Shown piece by piece: positions 13,701 through 27,639 of a stretch of DNA of 64,000 nucleotides (positions are counted from its first letter, which is position 1; each line of letters begins with the position of its first letter). Where the stretch lies: positions 372,001 through 436,000 of the forward strand of contig NOWV01000026.1 in NCBI GenBank assembly GCA_003344405.1, given 5' to 3'. The translations under genes were made by a program, and so were the position numbers. The notes beneath the pieces are model-generated. The model was not told where the DNA came from, ran no database searches, and worked only from the letters and a program-made list of their open reading frames with translations. Source of the stretch: Trichoplax sp. H2. Lineage: Eukaryota.

Positions 13701-16700
13701 AGAAAGAGATAATCATCACAATATGTAAATATTTTAAGTGTTGCGACATGTGATATGCTCTTTGTCACCAATTGATCATTATTTAGACATTATACGATCG
13801 CAATACCTAACACTTTATATATTCGACTACTTTAATATTTAATAAAGTCATAAGTATATAAAATTATAATTCGACTTTACTATCACAATTATCAATTGAG
13901 TAACGTAGAATCAAATGATAAATCCTTCATTTAATCAGGCTATCATAAAGTATTATACGGTAATTTGAGTTTAAAATATGGATAAAGCATAGTATAGCAC
14001 TGTAAATGTTGCGAAACTGTGGTACGAAATAACCAACTAGCGATTGTTAAAATTAAAGAAGATAATTGAAATGCTTAAGTACTTCGGTACTAGTCTCCTA
14101 GTCTAAATGCGGTATTTAGTAGAATAAAAATTTCTAAGACGAATATTGATATGTGGAATGATTGCCTAGGTTATTCATGAGAGTTAAAATAATATTACTA
14201 AATACATAAGAGTATGCTTAGTATCACTAGAATACGAAATAATGCTATTCAGTGATGAATACAACTGTGCCCTCTGTATTGCAACCGGTGATTTCAGCGT
14301 ACCAGAGCATGATTCGAAAGTGAGCTACCGTGCATGATAGCAGTTCGTAACTAGACTTAATTAATAAGATTTCATTTGTTATGTTGTTGCTTGGATGTAT
14401 ATTGAACAAGCTCTTTCACTCATATTTTCGTATTATACACCAACGACAATGAATTTGATCACTTTTAATGTATTGTCTATTTTACTGTTCATTCTGTATA
14501 CTACTATTGTGCATACTAGTATATGCTAGCTGCTACAAGATTAAAATGAGCACATAGCGGCAATTTTTAAATTGCAAGCCGAATTTTTCTCATTAAAATA
14601 CCATGTAATAACAACATTTTATAGTGTGTACTATTACTAACTGCTTATATATCGACAACATGAAATACAATGACATCTTATACATTGCATCTTATGAACT
14701 TTATTAGCTACTATTCCTCTTTCAATCTATTGCTTATATAAGAATCCGTACCGTATTTAGTAGCATATACAGTACAAGTATACTGTATTCGGATAAAATT
14801 ATTCTGAATAGCGAAGGCGATAGTTTCAATAATTAATATACGAGTATAACGTATTATTCTATTACGTGCCGGCTTATACTAGTATATTTATTAAATTAAA
14901 CATTGCATAAAGCCTTCTAAGCTGCTGACTAACAAAAAAACAGGGTTAGCATATACGATACTCAGCTATTGTTGCCTGTTTATTAAAAATTTGGCTGACG
15001 TGCGGACATCTTGAACCCTGTGATGTCATACTCTGCAGCTGACAGTTTGTTGTATAAACTACCGCTTTATATAGTACAATAATGTAATTTGCCAAATCTT
15101 ACCTTTAGGGAATCCGATCGCCAATGCAGAACCCAAATTATTACCGTTTGATTTAAAATTGAGTTGAGTACCATATAAAGTATACCGGTATGTACTGTAT
15201 ATACATAATTTGCTTTGTATATCATAATGCAGTTATTGAATGTGGAATAGTTTAGCATCCTTTAGTATCAGACTAAATGGTCGCTAAAATGGTTTAAACT
15301 TGTAGTAAAGGTGGTAAAAAAATTACAGGCGTTGTGATTGATAAAAGAAAAATATAGGGCGAGTAAGTGGTTACTAATAAGCCGTTTCCAGCATGATTAT
15401 TGAATAATTGAACGCCAGTATTGGTAGTACATTAAGTTGTGTTTTGCTATATTGCTTTCGTTTCATCATGCAGACAAGTTATTACATTCATAATGTTTGA
15501 CAGCTCCGCATTTTAACTAACATAAATCCATACAAATTCGTCTATTGCATGAAAATTAAAACAAAGCAAGCAATAAAATTGTTTCAATACTTGTTTCTAA
15601 AGCTTATGGTAATACGCATTTTTAAAATCTGAATAACGTATACCATTCAAATTTTACAAGATAAATCTTACAACATACAATATTACTAGCTACGTAGACT
15701 ACGTATTATACTGTAATTATCAATATATATTGCAAACAAGTTCTAAGATAATATACTGTAGTATATTGAAGTTATGTTTTCTGTTTATTGCTCTGTCAGA
15801 TTATACAAACAATAGTGATTCAATAATTTTAGCATATACATTAGAAAGTATATATATGGCTAGAGCTCATTAATATACAGTAGTTTCATGCCGTCGACAA
15901 ATAATAACGTATTTATCAATTCGGTTATCTCCTAAATGCATTATTATAAGCTAGCTATTAATTATACAAATAAACTGGGTTTTAATATTAAGCCTGCTAC
16001 CGCAAACTAATGAAACACTAATGAGAAATCTACACTATTGCGCATTTAATTAATTGTGATCTTTGTCGATTCGCGCATAATATCCTTATATTCTCTACTT
16101 AGAATGACAAAAATGTGAACGAATATTGATCTGTTCTTTGTTAAAATTTATTTTAAAAAGTTGCTTTAGCAATGAAACCGGTAGCGACTACTTACTTAAT
16201 AAAAAACATTCAGGAAAAGTTAATAAGATTTTACGGTTTCATTATCATTCTCCATAATCATTTCTATTCATATGTATAAACATGTTTAAATTTTAAACTA
16301 TACAAAGAGCGATAGTCATAATAACAATAGGGTTTGCTCAATAGAATAAACCAATTGAATTAAGATCCACAGCTGTTATTAGATATGATTTTGAAGTGTA
16401 ATATGCAATTAAAGGGCTCCTCATATAAGAAGTAGTAAGTGCCTTCGGAAAGTAACTCATTGTAAAATGATTAAGGCGTTTCAATCTCTTTAAAATATGT
16501 ATTACATATCAGCTGTGGAGGTTATTTAGCAATTATTTGGGATATTGTAAACTGACTAAGGTGCACATTTATAAATTTCGAGATAGTTTCATGACTAAAT
16601 GATTTTTAATGGCTATATAGTTGATGTTGAGTTAATACGAGTATATGACTTTGCCATCCAGGTCAGCTTACTCGTATAAATCGAAATAACATCCGCTATT

Positions 16701-18321
16701 TAAATGTCAAAAGCTAGCTGCGAAGATAGATATTTATAGTTATAGATTGGATTAAGAAAGTTGCATAATCCGAATCAACATTGTAATTGCAATAGGTTCC
16801 GTTAGTCATCACTGTTCACGCATAACTAAACCTAGACAACAATAAGTTACGATGAAATTAATGAAATTCACGTTTAATAGCAGCCACATCTTTAGCATAA
16901 TGTGTTATCAGTAAATGATAATTTCAATTACGTACGTTTCATATCGTCACATTTCTCATTTAGGAGTATTGCTATAGCCAACAAGAAGAATTCTTAGAAG
17001 TCCTGTAACTTGCCTTGTTAACCTAACCCTTCGTTACTTTTTACCATCTAATTTTGTTGTTAATTGATTTATAAACAGCATAAATTCTTATCAGCATTCA
17101 GTTATATGAACATTGTCTCTGTACACACGCATATACGAATTTTTACTTATGCGATACCTGTTCAGTTATGCATTGCTAAGCTAGTAGTAGACCGAGAAAA
17201 TTAAATTTTGAGAATAAGAATTCAATTTCGTTATAAGTTCTTTCAATTCATATTCTTCTTGCTATGGACATGTATTACTAAATCTTTAAATTTTTTTTAT
17301 ATTTATCTCGTATATTCACTTAAATGTGTACGGTAATTACCTTTACAAAATCTAACTTTGCTAATATTGCTGATTTCGCTATGCTTATGAATAAGGGTCA
17401 ATTAGTACAGGCCGTGACATTGATAGTAATGCGATCTTTTTATAGTTAGACAAATAAGCTTAGCCTTGTGAACATGTGAATTAACGCTAGAATAATTTCG
17501 CAAAAAACTCTGTGTTTCATTTCCGCACGTCTGGTTTGAGTTATTATTTGCTGTCAGCCTCGTCTTGCTGTTTATTCACCGTGAATAAAATTTTATCTAG
17601 ACGAAACATCGGTCTTTTTGTTCGATATTTTTGAAGAGTATATTGTACGTAATGGTAATAATATAAACACTGATACTGTAATATAATGGAAATGGTAATT
17701 TGGGTATGGTCTTTATCAAACCCTGGCGGCACCCACCCCGAAATGTAACAATGGAACTTATTCCGTTCGATCTATATAAAGTATTTCGCCTGCTAATAGA
17801 TCAGATATTGAGAATAAAAATTGTTGCATTTAGCTAGTGGCGGACAAAGTGGATCTGATTCTTACTTCTAATTTAGGATATTGCAACAATAAAAAATATT
17901 ACGATCTCGCCAATTCTCCTAATTTATATTTTATATTTAATATCAATTTATAATTTCTCATTTTAGGCAATCAAATATGGCATTGCGATCTTTTCATACA
18001 TAATCGCTAGTGCCTCCCGCAACTTCGATATGTTTTCATTGATATTAGAAACACATACTGTGAAATTGATCAAACCTTTTAATATACTTGTATACAGCTT
18101 ACAACAGACTTAAAATATTTCTTCTACCTCAATAAATCCCTAAATTTGGAGTTTAATTTATTAGAATTTAAAAGTTCAGATTTACTTAACGTTAATATGA
18201 AAGTAAAATAATCTCGCCCACCAGTATTATATAGTCCTTCCGTTATGTCTTTCATTTAATTGCCAATCGTAGTAATTGCACAACATCCACATAAAATCGA
18301 CGCCATTTTTATATTCGGTAG

Positions 18322-18776
18322 TAAACTATTTTTCTGGTGGCGGTAATTACAATATAAGTGGTATAAATATATCTATAATTTGACTATAACAGGATTTTTC
18401 TTTATCTTCATAATGTACAGCAACTATGTCTCAGAACAATCCTTATTATTTATTATTCGAGAGTTACTACCTACTTCTATTACTGATTTAGAGTAATATA
18501 AAACTACTTGCCGTACTGATAAATCTTTAGAGAGATCTCTCAGAGTCTCTTAAACGATTTTTCTGGTGGAGGTAATTACAATATAAGTGGTATAAATATG
18601 TCTATAATTTGACTATAATAGAATCTTTCTTCATCTTCATGATATACAGCAACTATGTCTCAGAATAAACCTTATTATTTATTATTCGAGAGTTACTACC
18701 TACTTCTATTACTGTTTTAGAGTAATATAAAACTACTTGCCGTGCTGATAAATCTTTAGAGATCTCTCAGAGTCTC
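18322..18776. repeat. Tandem direct duplication, unit ~229 bp (18322-18550 / 18551-18776)
   Basis: Both copies run TAAAC.ATTTTTCTGGTGG.GGTAATTACAATATAAGTGG...GATCTCTCAGAGTCTC with scattered substitutions and small indels. Confidence 0.95.
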
Positions 18777-19799
18777 GAATAAATCTTCAATGGAGACATT
18801 TATTTTAAGGTAGCATTTTTTTTATACGGTAGTACTCTAGGATAGATTTTACTCTAATGTTCAAATTCTGCAACGTGACATATTTAGCATTCTATTATAG
18901 TAATGGTAATAGTTTATTTATTCTTTATCATTAGATCTTCCTCCCATTCATTCAAGTTATATATATATGAATAACATAATTGCTATTAAGGTGCTATTGC
19001 TGTCACTTCTGTATACAAACTCATATCAAGTTCAATCATTCATATATTATTGTGTAAATACGCGTATAATCCGCCCAGAATAGCATAGTAGAAGCTTTGC
19101 CAATAGTAACACAGTGACGCACACAAGCTTAGGTGATTTAGAACTGCTTTATTACGGTAGTTTAGGTTATTTCTATATGTACACTATATTCGCACTCACA
19201 TATTTCTTGTGCTACTCATTGCTATTACAGTGTCATCTTTTCACTGCGTATAGTACCTTTGATGCGCGTACCAAAGATACACTAATTATACTAATTATAA
19301 CACGAGTTACAATATCCTACTCATGGCTACTACACAGGGTTATGCTATGCTATGCTTGCCAAAATAGCCCAAAAGTTAAGGTAAGAATACTGTTGCCATA
19401 TGACACATTGAGACTATAGTGTACAGTAGAGTAGACTACACGTACGAGTTCATGTATGCAGTTGGCAGTTGCAAATCTCGTGCATCATTCTTCATCTTTT
19501 GTACAGTACTAATAGATTTCTGCAATTTCCCTTCAGTTAACTCAATACCATACGGTATTCAGTGTCCGTATTATCCTAGACACTATACCGTACAAAGTGC
19601 CGGAGAAATTTTCCTGATTTGAACGAAAATAAAATAATAAACAAAATGTACAGAACTTTAACAAATTGCATATCAAACGATATTAGACGAGTCCATTTGC
19701 ACGAATCCGTCATTATAATTTACGTACGACGTCTACAGTAGATCTTGCACTAATTATGTTTAAAGTGAAACCGTCATTCTCGAAATTCGTCAGACAGTT

Positions 19800-19975
19800 A
19801 ACTGTACTGTACAGAACAGTACTATGTACTACAGTATAATTTGTAGTTGGCATGTACTGAACAGTGTACAGTACAGTGTAGGGTATTCCAAAGTTTTTAC
19901 ACTCGACCGTACAGTACCACTGAGTACAGTACAGTACAGTACTTACTGTTCGGTGTACAGTACATTATACTGTAA
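19800..19975. promoter_or_regulatory. TACAG/CTGTA pentamer-rich array, putative promoter region ~450 bp upstream of the GoLoco gene
   Basis: Dense GTACAG/TACTGT words, the same class of array found at other gene 5' ends in this window. Confidence 0.45.
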
Positions 19976-20422
19976 TAAAGATAACTGTCCAGCTGCAGTT
20001 TATTATGTAAGCACTCGGTCATTGTAAACGTATAGACTATGAATAATAATTAGAAAGAATAATTAGAGGCTTTATTTATCAGAAAATCTTCCAGTACGCT
20101 TATTTTTTTTTTTATTCTGGGAGGTTTCCGTTGTTGATATTTTATACGCATCTCTGTGGTAGATATCAATCATCTCCCCATGCTACTGTAAATGACGAGA
20201 ACTTATTCTAGTGTGGTTGATTGGTTGTTATTTGCTGCATCATTCTACGCCAAACGTATGAACTGTTCGTATAAAAATTGAACACCAACAGTTTCGGACT
20301 CTATCCAGCATTTTACGATCGATTGCTGGTATTTTACGGCTTGGTTACTCACGCGTATTGCCCAAAGTTTTTATTCAAAGTCTGAATACGAAACGATAGA
20401 ATAAATTTTCACTTACCAGAGC

Positions 20423-21424
20423 ATGGATCAAAGCAGACCACCTTTAACTAAGGCAAAATCACTACTAGATCCTCAATGCCCTTCTAAGACGGCAGAACCC
20501 AACCGATTAAATCAAGAATTCGTGGATAGCGTCATGAAAAGTCAGGTTGGTTAAGGATAACTTAAATTCTTTCCTAAAATTTCTTCAAACTTATACTATA
20601 GTTGTACTTTAGCTGAGCAATATTATACATGTATGCTATATATATGCACTAGCTTTATAAATTTTGTAAGATCATAAAAACATTAATGATCAGTATTATT
20701 AATTACTTATATTATTCGTAGTCATTAAAGCAATTTGATATCGTCGGTATTAGGGAAGGAGCATTTAGAAATTATTGAGGTTAAAAGTGCTTCTCCATCA
20801 AAATTTCAATTAGTGCACAAAATTTCATTCTAGAGAAAGTAGTAATCCTATACAGATTGATAATATATATAAAGGATGTGGGTATACTGAAACTGCATCA
20901 TGATATTGTATATGAACTATGGGCTACAATAGAATAACTTGGATTATCAAGTTATTGGATCTTTTCACTTAGTTTGAAACTATTAAGATACTGTATTTTA
21001 GCTTTTACTACATATTTTGAAAGGTGTGATGCCGTATCAGTACCTTATTATGGAGTAGAATGCGATATTATACTTATGCATATATCTTATTGTATCCTTA
21101 GTTATGATATAATTATTGTTAGATTTATTTTTATTCCTTCTCTATCCGCTTAAATATATACGTACATACGAGTACAAGAGTATATATATATATATATATA
21201 CTGTATACTGTAAGTGCAGAAATCGTTCGCACGCGAAAAAATTTGATAAATTTGGATTTTATCTTTTACAATGAATTTATTAGTCTGAGAGATTAGACGA
21301 ACAACGATGTAGTGCTTTTCTACTCAATCAAGATCTCATCCAATTGATCGATAAAGTACAAAGCAAGGGAAGAATGGATGACCAACGCTTCACGAACGAA
21401 TGTAAGACTGGTTACCAGAAATAG
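20423..21424 (+). CDS. Small two-GoLoco (GPR) motif protein, GPSM3/PCP2-like, ~87-90 aa. Exons 20423-20545 and 21284-21424, or 21284-21401 plus 23104-23135
   Basis: MDQSRPPLTKAKSLLDPQCPSKTAEPNRLNQEFVDSVMKSQ|SERLDEQRCSAFLLNQDLIQLIDKVQSKGRMDDQRFTNE... A phase-0 GT-AG intron joins the two halves of motif 1. Both motifs end in the canonical GoLoco (D/E)QR triad. Confidence 0.85.
21181..21200. repeat. (TA)10 microsatellite in the GoLoco gene intron
   Basis: TATATATATATATATATATA read directly. Confidence 0.95.
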
Positions 21425-24400
21425 ATTGCTGCGATTTCTTAATAACATTCAAAATATTTTGTATGGGCAGAATATAAGCTATAACGTACTGTATGAAATA
21501 ATTCCACCTGCGAGTCAAATACAATTAGATTTTATCGATCGTTTTCTCTATGATGTCTATTAATTTTGAGGCATATCGGTATTGTTGTAGTAGGATCTCT
21601 AAAATTTGTTGTTTGCCGAAGATAGAAATACTATCATACTTTAATTGTCAAAAAATTGGCTAAAAATTATCAAAATGAAAAATAGAATGTAGTTTACGCG
21701 TATATGTGCTTAAGGGTCAGCATATAGAAACGATTCAGTGATCAGATATGTAGGTTGTAAAATTAAAATTTGCCAAATTATTTCATATAAATAATCATAA
21801 AACTAATTCTTTCATTTTAACGGCAAAGTTTGTAATAATCCTTCACTTTGCCTATTTTTTAATACAGCAGCTAGATCTAGAATATTTGTTTTAGTTTTGC
21901 ACTAATACAATGTATAGCAGTGCTTTTAGATTAAAACAGTTTGCTTGCTGTGGATTTTTTGCTCGTCGATTGTTTGTATGTTTGTATATTATACGTAGTT
22001 ACGTTTGATGATGTTACTCCAAGTTACGGCGTATCTTGATTGGCAATCTATGCCTAGTATACAGTATAGCGTAGACACAGGTACACCTTAGGACAATTAA
22101 CCATATTTAAATATAAGTTGAAGCAACAAATATAGCACGGCCAATTAATTATTTACTTCGATTATAAGAATTTGGCAACGTAGTTGTTCTCCATTGCTTC
22201 CTGAATGCTAAGTATATACCGTCTTCGAAATGGCTCACTGTGATAAAATGGAATCAAACAGAGACTCAAACACTGTTCTATAGTAGTATAGTAAAGTATG
22301 AATACAAGTAGCAATAAAACTCTTATCAACTAACAACTGGGTTATCAGTTAAATCGAAAATTGAAAGTGGACTTTACGATGCTTTAAAAGTAACGAATCT
22401 TCCTTTGATTTAATTTTAACGTTTACTGCATCAACAACATTCAATAAATGCTATAAAACTGTCTGTTACTTTCACCAGGAATTTACGACGTCTAGATTAT
22501 GATTGGGCTATTAATATTTTGATAGTTGATATGAAAAACAGAATACATGGCAAAAAAAACGATCATCCAAATGTTAATTATGAGCAACTAAAGAAATATA
22601 GCATACTTACAATGCTTACTATTTTATACTATGATGAACTACTTTGCCAATGCTTTATATCTATTGAAGAGCTCAGTTGTCAATCTTATAGATTAGTAAA
22701 GTAGTAATGCGATTCTGTACTATCTTGGAATAAATCTAATTAGTTTCATGATGAACACGGTTTGCAAATTATGGTGAAAATTTGGCAGTCAATTATGGTG
22801 AAGTTGTAATTTCTAGTATAATAAGGCCATAGTAAGAGTGGTACATTGGATCAGTTAAACGTATAATGTTACAATGAAACAATGAATTAAAATATCCAAT
22901 TGCGGAGACTACAGTACTTTGTATTGTTTAATATAAAAAATAAGGTATGATTGGAGGGATCAAAATGATAGGCGAATGTATAACATTTATGATCAATTTT
23001 CAACTAAGTATCGTCGTATCTAAGCTATTCATCAACATTTGATTAATTATGGATAACGATATCGCTAATAAATAATGAAATTTTTATTCTTTTATACATT
23101 TAGCAACGGTCCAACGCTCGATACGCTCAGTATGATACGATATTGAATCTAGGAAAGATCTCATATTTATTGCTCACTACCGTGCAAACCTACATTTTTT
23201 GCGGAAGTACAGTAAATAGAATTACTGTTAGAATGAACGAAAAAAGTTTCTTTCTGGTGCTTCTAGAAAGCTTCAACAAGATATCATGCCACGGCTTAAA
23301 TATGGCATTTACAATTCGTAAAATCTTGTCATACACCAAAAATTTTAACCATTTGGTTTAAAAGTCTAAGTGTTACCAACTTAGGTTACTTTTCAGTAAG
23401 ATTGCATGCCAAGTGATACTTGGCTGTTTTATGAATGATTTTAATGAATAACGTGCATCTTTGACGAATAGCAGAGCTTCATCAACTATAATCTACTTTT
23501 GACTACGTTTATAATTTAATTTCAAAAAGTGGACATTACACACTTAATAGCCAAATTTATAGATTCGTCTAGATCTAATCTAAACACACATCCTTGCTTT
23601 TCGAATAAAATTACAATGTCCCATAATTACTCATATAATTAAAAAAAAGATGAAGTATTGAAACTATTGAAACTTATGAACATTGATTTAGTGGCACAAT
23701 AACACAAAATAGAATGATGAAATGGTACTAATATATAGAAGTAAAGTTTCAAAAGGAGCTTAATATAGACGTTTAGCTTATTGTTTAAAGGCAAATTTAA
23801 ATCGATGAAATATGTCAGATTACTATATTTGAACGTTTTGCAGGATCATTTGACGTAAAAGTCTGTCCAAGACGGAGTACACTAAATCGTATAATATCCG
23901 CAGTATTTTAATTATGAAAGAACTAATCGGATTAAAGATTATCCCAATGCCGTATCAAATGCTGCATATATACTGTGCAAGACTCAAATAACCTGATCAC
24001 TCAATAACTATAAGAGCTTATATAATAATTTCGTACTTATCACTACGTTATCGACTAATTAAAAGATTGATTGCCATATTTTTATGTCTATACGGTAAAA
24101 TTCTCACTAAATAAACTGATGTCAACGTTGCCCCATATAATTTAGAATGCGCCATTTCCGAAGACCTTAAACGCTAGGAAATAATTATAGTTTACCCTGC
24201 ATATATAGAAAAATAGACATCAACATTTAATTGCTAATTTTGTCTATAAGATTTTCGCATTCATTTCTCAAAGCATGTAGCGGAAGATTAAGTGAGAAAT
24301 ATTTTTAAAGGTATTATTAGTATTTTAACACCATTGCAATATTCATTTTTTACAAAAATAGCGACTGACAAAAGAGATAATTTCTAATAAACAATGTAAA

Positions 24401-26430
24401 GACATGAAATCAGTAACGTGGATGAGGTAATACGCGTATATTAAGTTAATCATTTACGCAGGCTAGTATTCTCAGATTCAGATTCATTACCGTTTCTGAA
24501 TACCGATTTAATTCATACAACGCTATATATACGCGTATAACGTACAGATTTCGAAAATATGGCTATTAAAAATACCAAAAGGTGATGCTTATGATTTGCT
24601 TCATTAAATGTCATGCTAAATTTAGCTCTCAATGCAAATAGAATTTAAAACAGCCGTAATTTTGTGATAAGCATATTCAGAATCGTAGTAAAATAATTTG
24701 TTGTATGGATCAAATTGATAAATTTTTAAGCAGTACTGTAACTTGCACGCGAGTAAGTACACGTAAGAAATTAGCGTATTACAGCTATGCACGTGTCTCA
24801 ATTGCAGACTGAAATCGCTGTTACTGGCAAGTTCAATATATCTTTAATGAAAGTACCGACCACAGTGATAATTTTATATTCGTAATAATGTAAGCCAATG
24901 ATTAAAACTGTATCAAATTTTATAAACTAAATAAGAATATTACAAAATGTAGCTGGAGTTATTTCTGTTATGCTATAACTTGTTTCTTAACAGTCGCGAT
25001 TCATATTTTTCATATGAATTGCGACGTCTTATACTTCAACAAATTCGTCTTGTAGATTATTTACCTAATTATGCTCGCTGGTATATCATCCGTGTATATC
25101 GATAAAGCGGTGAAGGCATGTAATCAGAAAAGTTTTTATCAATTACCATATCGAGTAGATTAGAGAGCGCACTAATTTTGAATGTTTATTACGGGAATAT
25201 AATTGCTTTATTTGATGATGTGTATACAATAATGAGATGTATATTCGATAATCGAATAGCAATTAACTATAATAAACTATAACATACTGTACGTTAACTG
25301 CTGTACTTGTAAGTATTGCAGCCATTTAATTCATTTTCAGTTCGGAAGGTAAACAAAAAATTTCACTATTCCAGAAGTATACTGTTTCATTATACCAGTC
25401 ATCATCTACAAGTTACTTCATTAAGCATAGCAGACTTATCTATGTCCTACAGTACTTTAAATCATATAAAACTTTCATTATGCTTCCATAATTTATCGAA
25501 ATCACTCACGAGTATATTTTGATATTTTGCAGTTTTTATATGAGAAAGGTTAAATATTTTAAATCGAAGTAACAAGGATTTTGTTTTAATACCATACTCT
25601 TAGATATTTTAATAATAGCTAGATGTAAACTCTGATTGCAATATTTTAGCATTATAAAATAGCTGCAAGAAAATGATTGTTGTGATAGGACGACAAAAGA
25701 AAAAATGTTACCTTGAGCTTAACTTAATAAAATTCCTTTTTATAAAACAGCTTTGCAACAAAATAACGTAATGTACGATCAATAAGTCGATTCCCTGAAC
25801 CGCATATCAGGGAGCAATATCTACTCCATCAGGAATACTTTTCCTATACTAGCTAACTACACAAAGACTTACTCGCCTCGTATTTTACGTTAAACGCTAA
25901 TCTAATGAGCCCTCTTTATTATACGATATATACCGCATTTCCATACTCTTTTACAATACTTTAGACATCCTAGTTAGTAATATTAATGCTGAAACCTTCT
26001 AATGAATCAAAAGCTAATTTTATCTGCTACTACCTAATGAAGGCAATAGTGTTTACGAACATAGACATCTAATGACTAATACAAAATAGTCGGATTGCAA
26101 TATATCCTATAACGAAACATTTCCATGATAATCTACAATCTACCATAAGTAAGTTACAATCATAGTGATTTGAATTGTAGGAAGATTATTCTCGATTCCC
26201 GAAATTTTAAGTACTAATTTCGGTATGCTGTCAGAAATTTCTAAGACTAACGTATTGGTCTTAGAAGTCTCTAATGATGTATGTATATATCGCTGCCATA
26301 AAAGCTAGTGCTGTATTTAAACACTATATATCTAAATTAGAAACTCACTAAATAAGAGTAAACCAACAAAATTATCCTAACGTAGATGTTTCTACTCTAA
26401 CCTCGATATCGCAGTGTATAAGACTGTACC

Positions 26431-26478
26431 ATCCCTACTCTTACTTTTAATCTGGGATTATAAAGTAAGAGTAGGGAT
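26431..26478. repeat. Short inverted repeat with 17-bp perfect arms
   Basis: ATCCCTACTCTTACTTT (26431-26447) and AAAGTAAGAGTAGGGAT (26462-26478), extended inward by TAATC/GATTA. Confidence 0.9.
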
Positions 26479-27444
26479 TTTTATAAAGTTGAGTTCAAGG
26501 TAAAATTTTTTCTTTAGTAGTCTCTGGTTATGAGGCTTGCCAAGAAATGGCTGGCCGATATTACGATCGATAGATAAGACAATAAAGGATTTAAAAGACA
26601 AATATGTTTTTATTATTAAAAATTTATCCAAAGAAATATAATAATCTCATGTATAATGAAAAATTATTAGCGATTGGTGAATGTACAAATAGGTTCGAAG
26701 TAAATTATTTGCAGTTTCTAACTAATAAATGAATCATAAAACAGCGCAATATTATTCTTTGATGAATTAAAAGCGAATACAAGATGCCGTTGCTATGAAC
26801 TGTAGATACTAGCATTTAGCAGATATTTACAAAATTACATTTTTAATTTTTGCTTAAACTACTTAATCAGAATAATCATACCGTATTAATATCATTTACC
26901 TGGATAACTGTAAAAAGATACATTTCGTAAAGCGTATCTATGCTTACTTCTACGAACTTTACAGGAACGATAATTACCGACTCGGTACAATCCTTGATCA
27001 GAAGTGGAATGTACACTTCAATAGCATTATCAATTCTCGCTATCATTAATACTTCCATTGGTTGAGACTTGAGATTATCTAAGATGTTATCTCTGCAGCA
27101 AACTACAGTGCGCAGTACTATACTAGATTTTGCAGCCTACATTTTGAATTGTCCATTTCTAACTACAAAAATTTCAAAAGTAAAGAACATATTTTTCAAA
27201 TATATCTGGCTATCCTTATCTCTTTAAATAGAAAATAAGTTTTGTTAAATTTCTTTATGCAAAGAAAGTTACGTTTTATGTGTACAGTATTTAAAATATC
27301 GTAATAGTAATTTACGATGCTTTAGAAACTTTTAGCACTTGAGTTTAAAGATTTATTCCAAGATTGATTTTTCCTTGTCTCAAATTGATTGTAGTAAGTA
27401 ACAATACATCAAATAAACGAAAAGACACGATTATAAATTCTTGT

Positions 27445-27639
27445 TTAAGTTAGATCGGGCTTCAATTCTACACTTCCAGCAAGTAAGATTACAAGAGCAG
27501 AAACAATAAGGAAAGTGGATCCCATGAAAAGGTAAAATTTAACAGGGTCCTCAAATATATTGCTAAAGCAAGGATCCATTATATCTTCTTTAAAGCTTAC
27601 TAATTGTGAAAGAAAGAAAGACGAAGATGTACCTTCCAT
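27445..27639 (-). CDS. Putative 64-aa single-pass membrane microprotein
   Basis: Single-exon ORF with strong Kozak context (ACGGCG-ATG-G), one hydrophobic stretch (FYLFMGSTFLIVSALVILLAG), and a C-rich/CATAAT element ~165 bp upstream. Confidence 0.45.
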   Translation of the reverse strand: MEGTSSSFFLSQLVSFKEDIMDPCFSNIFEDPVKFYLFMGSTFLIVSALVILLAGSVELKPDLT

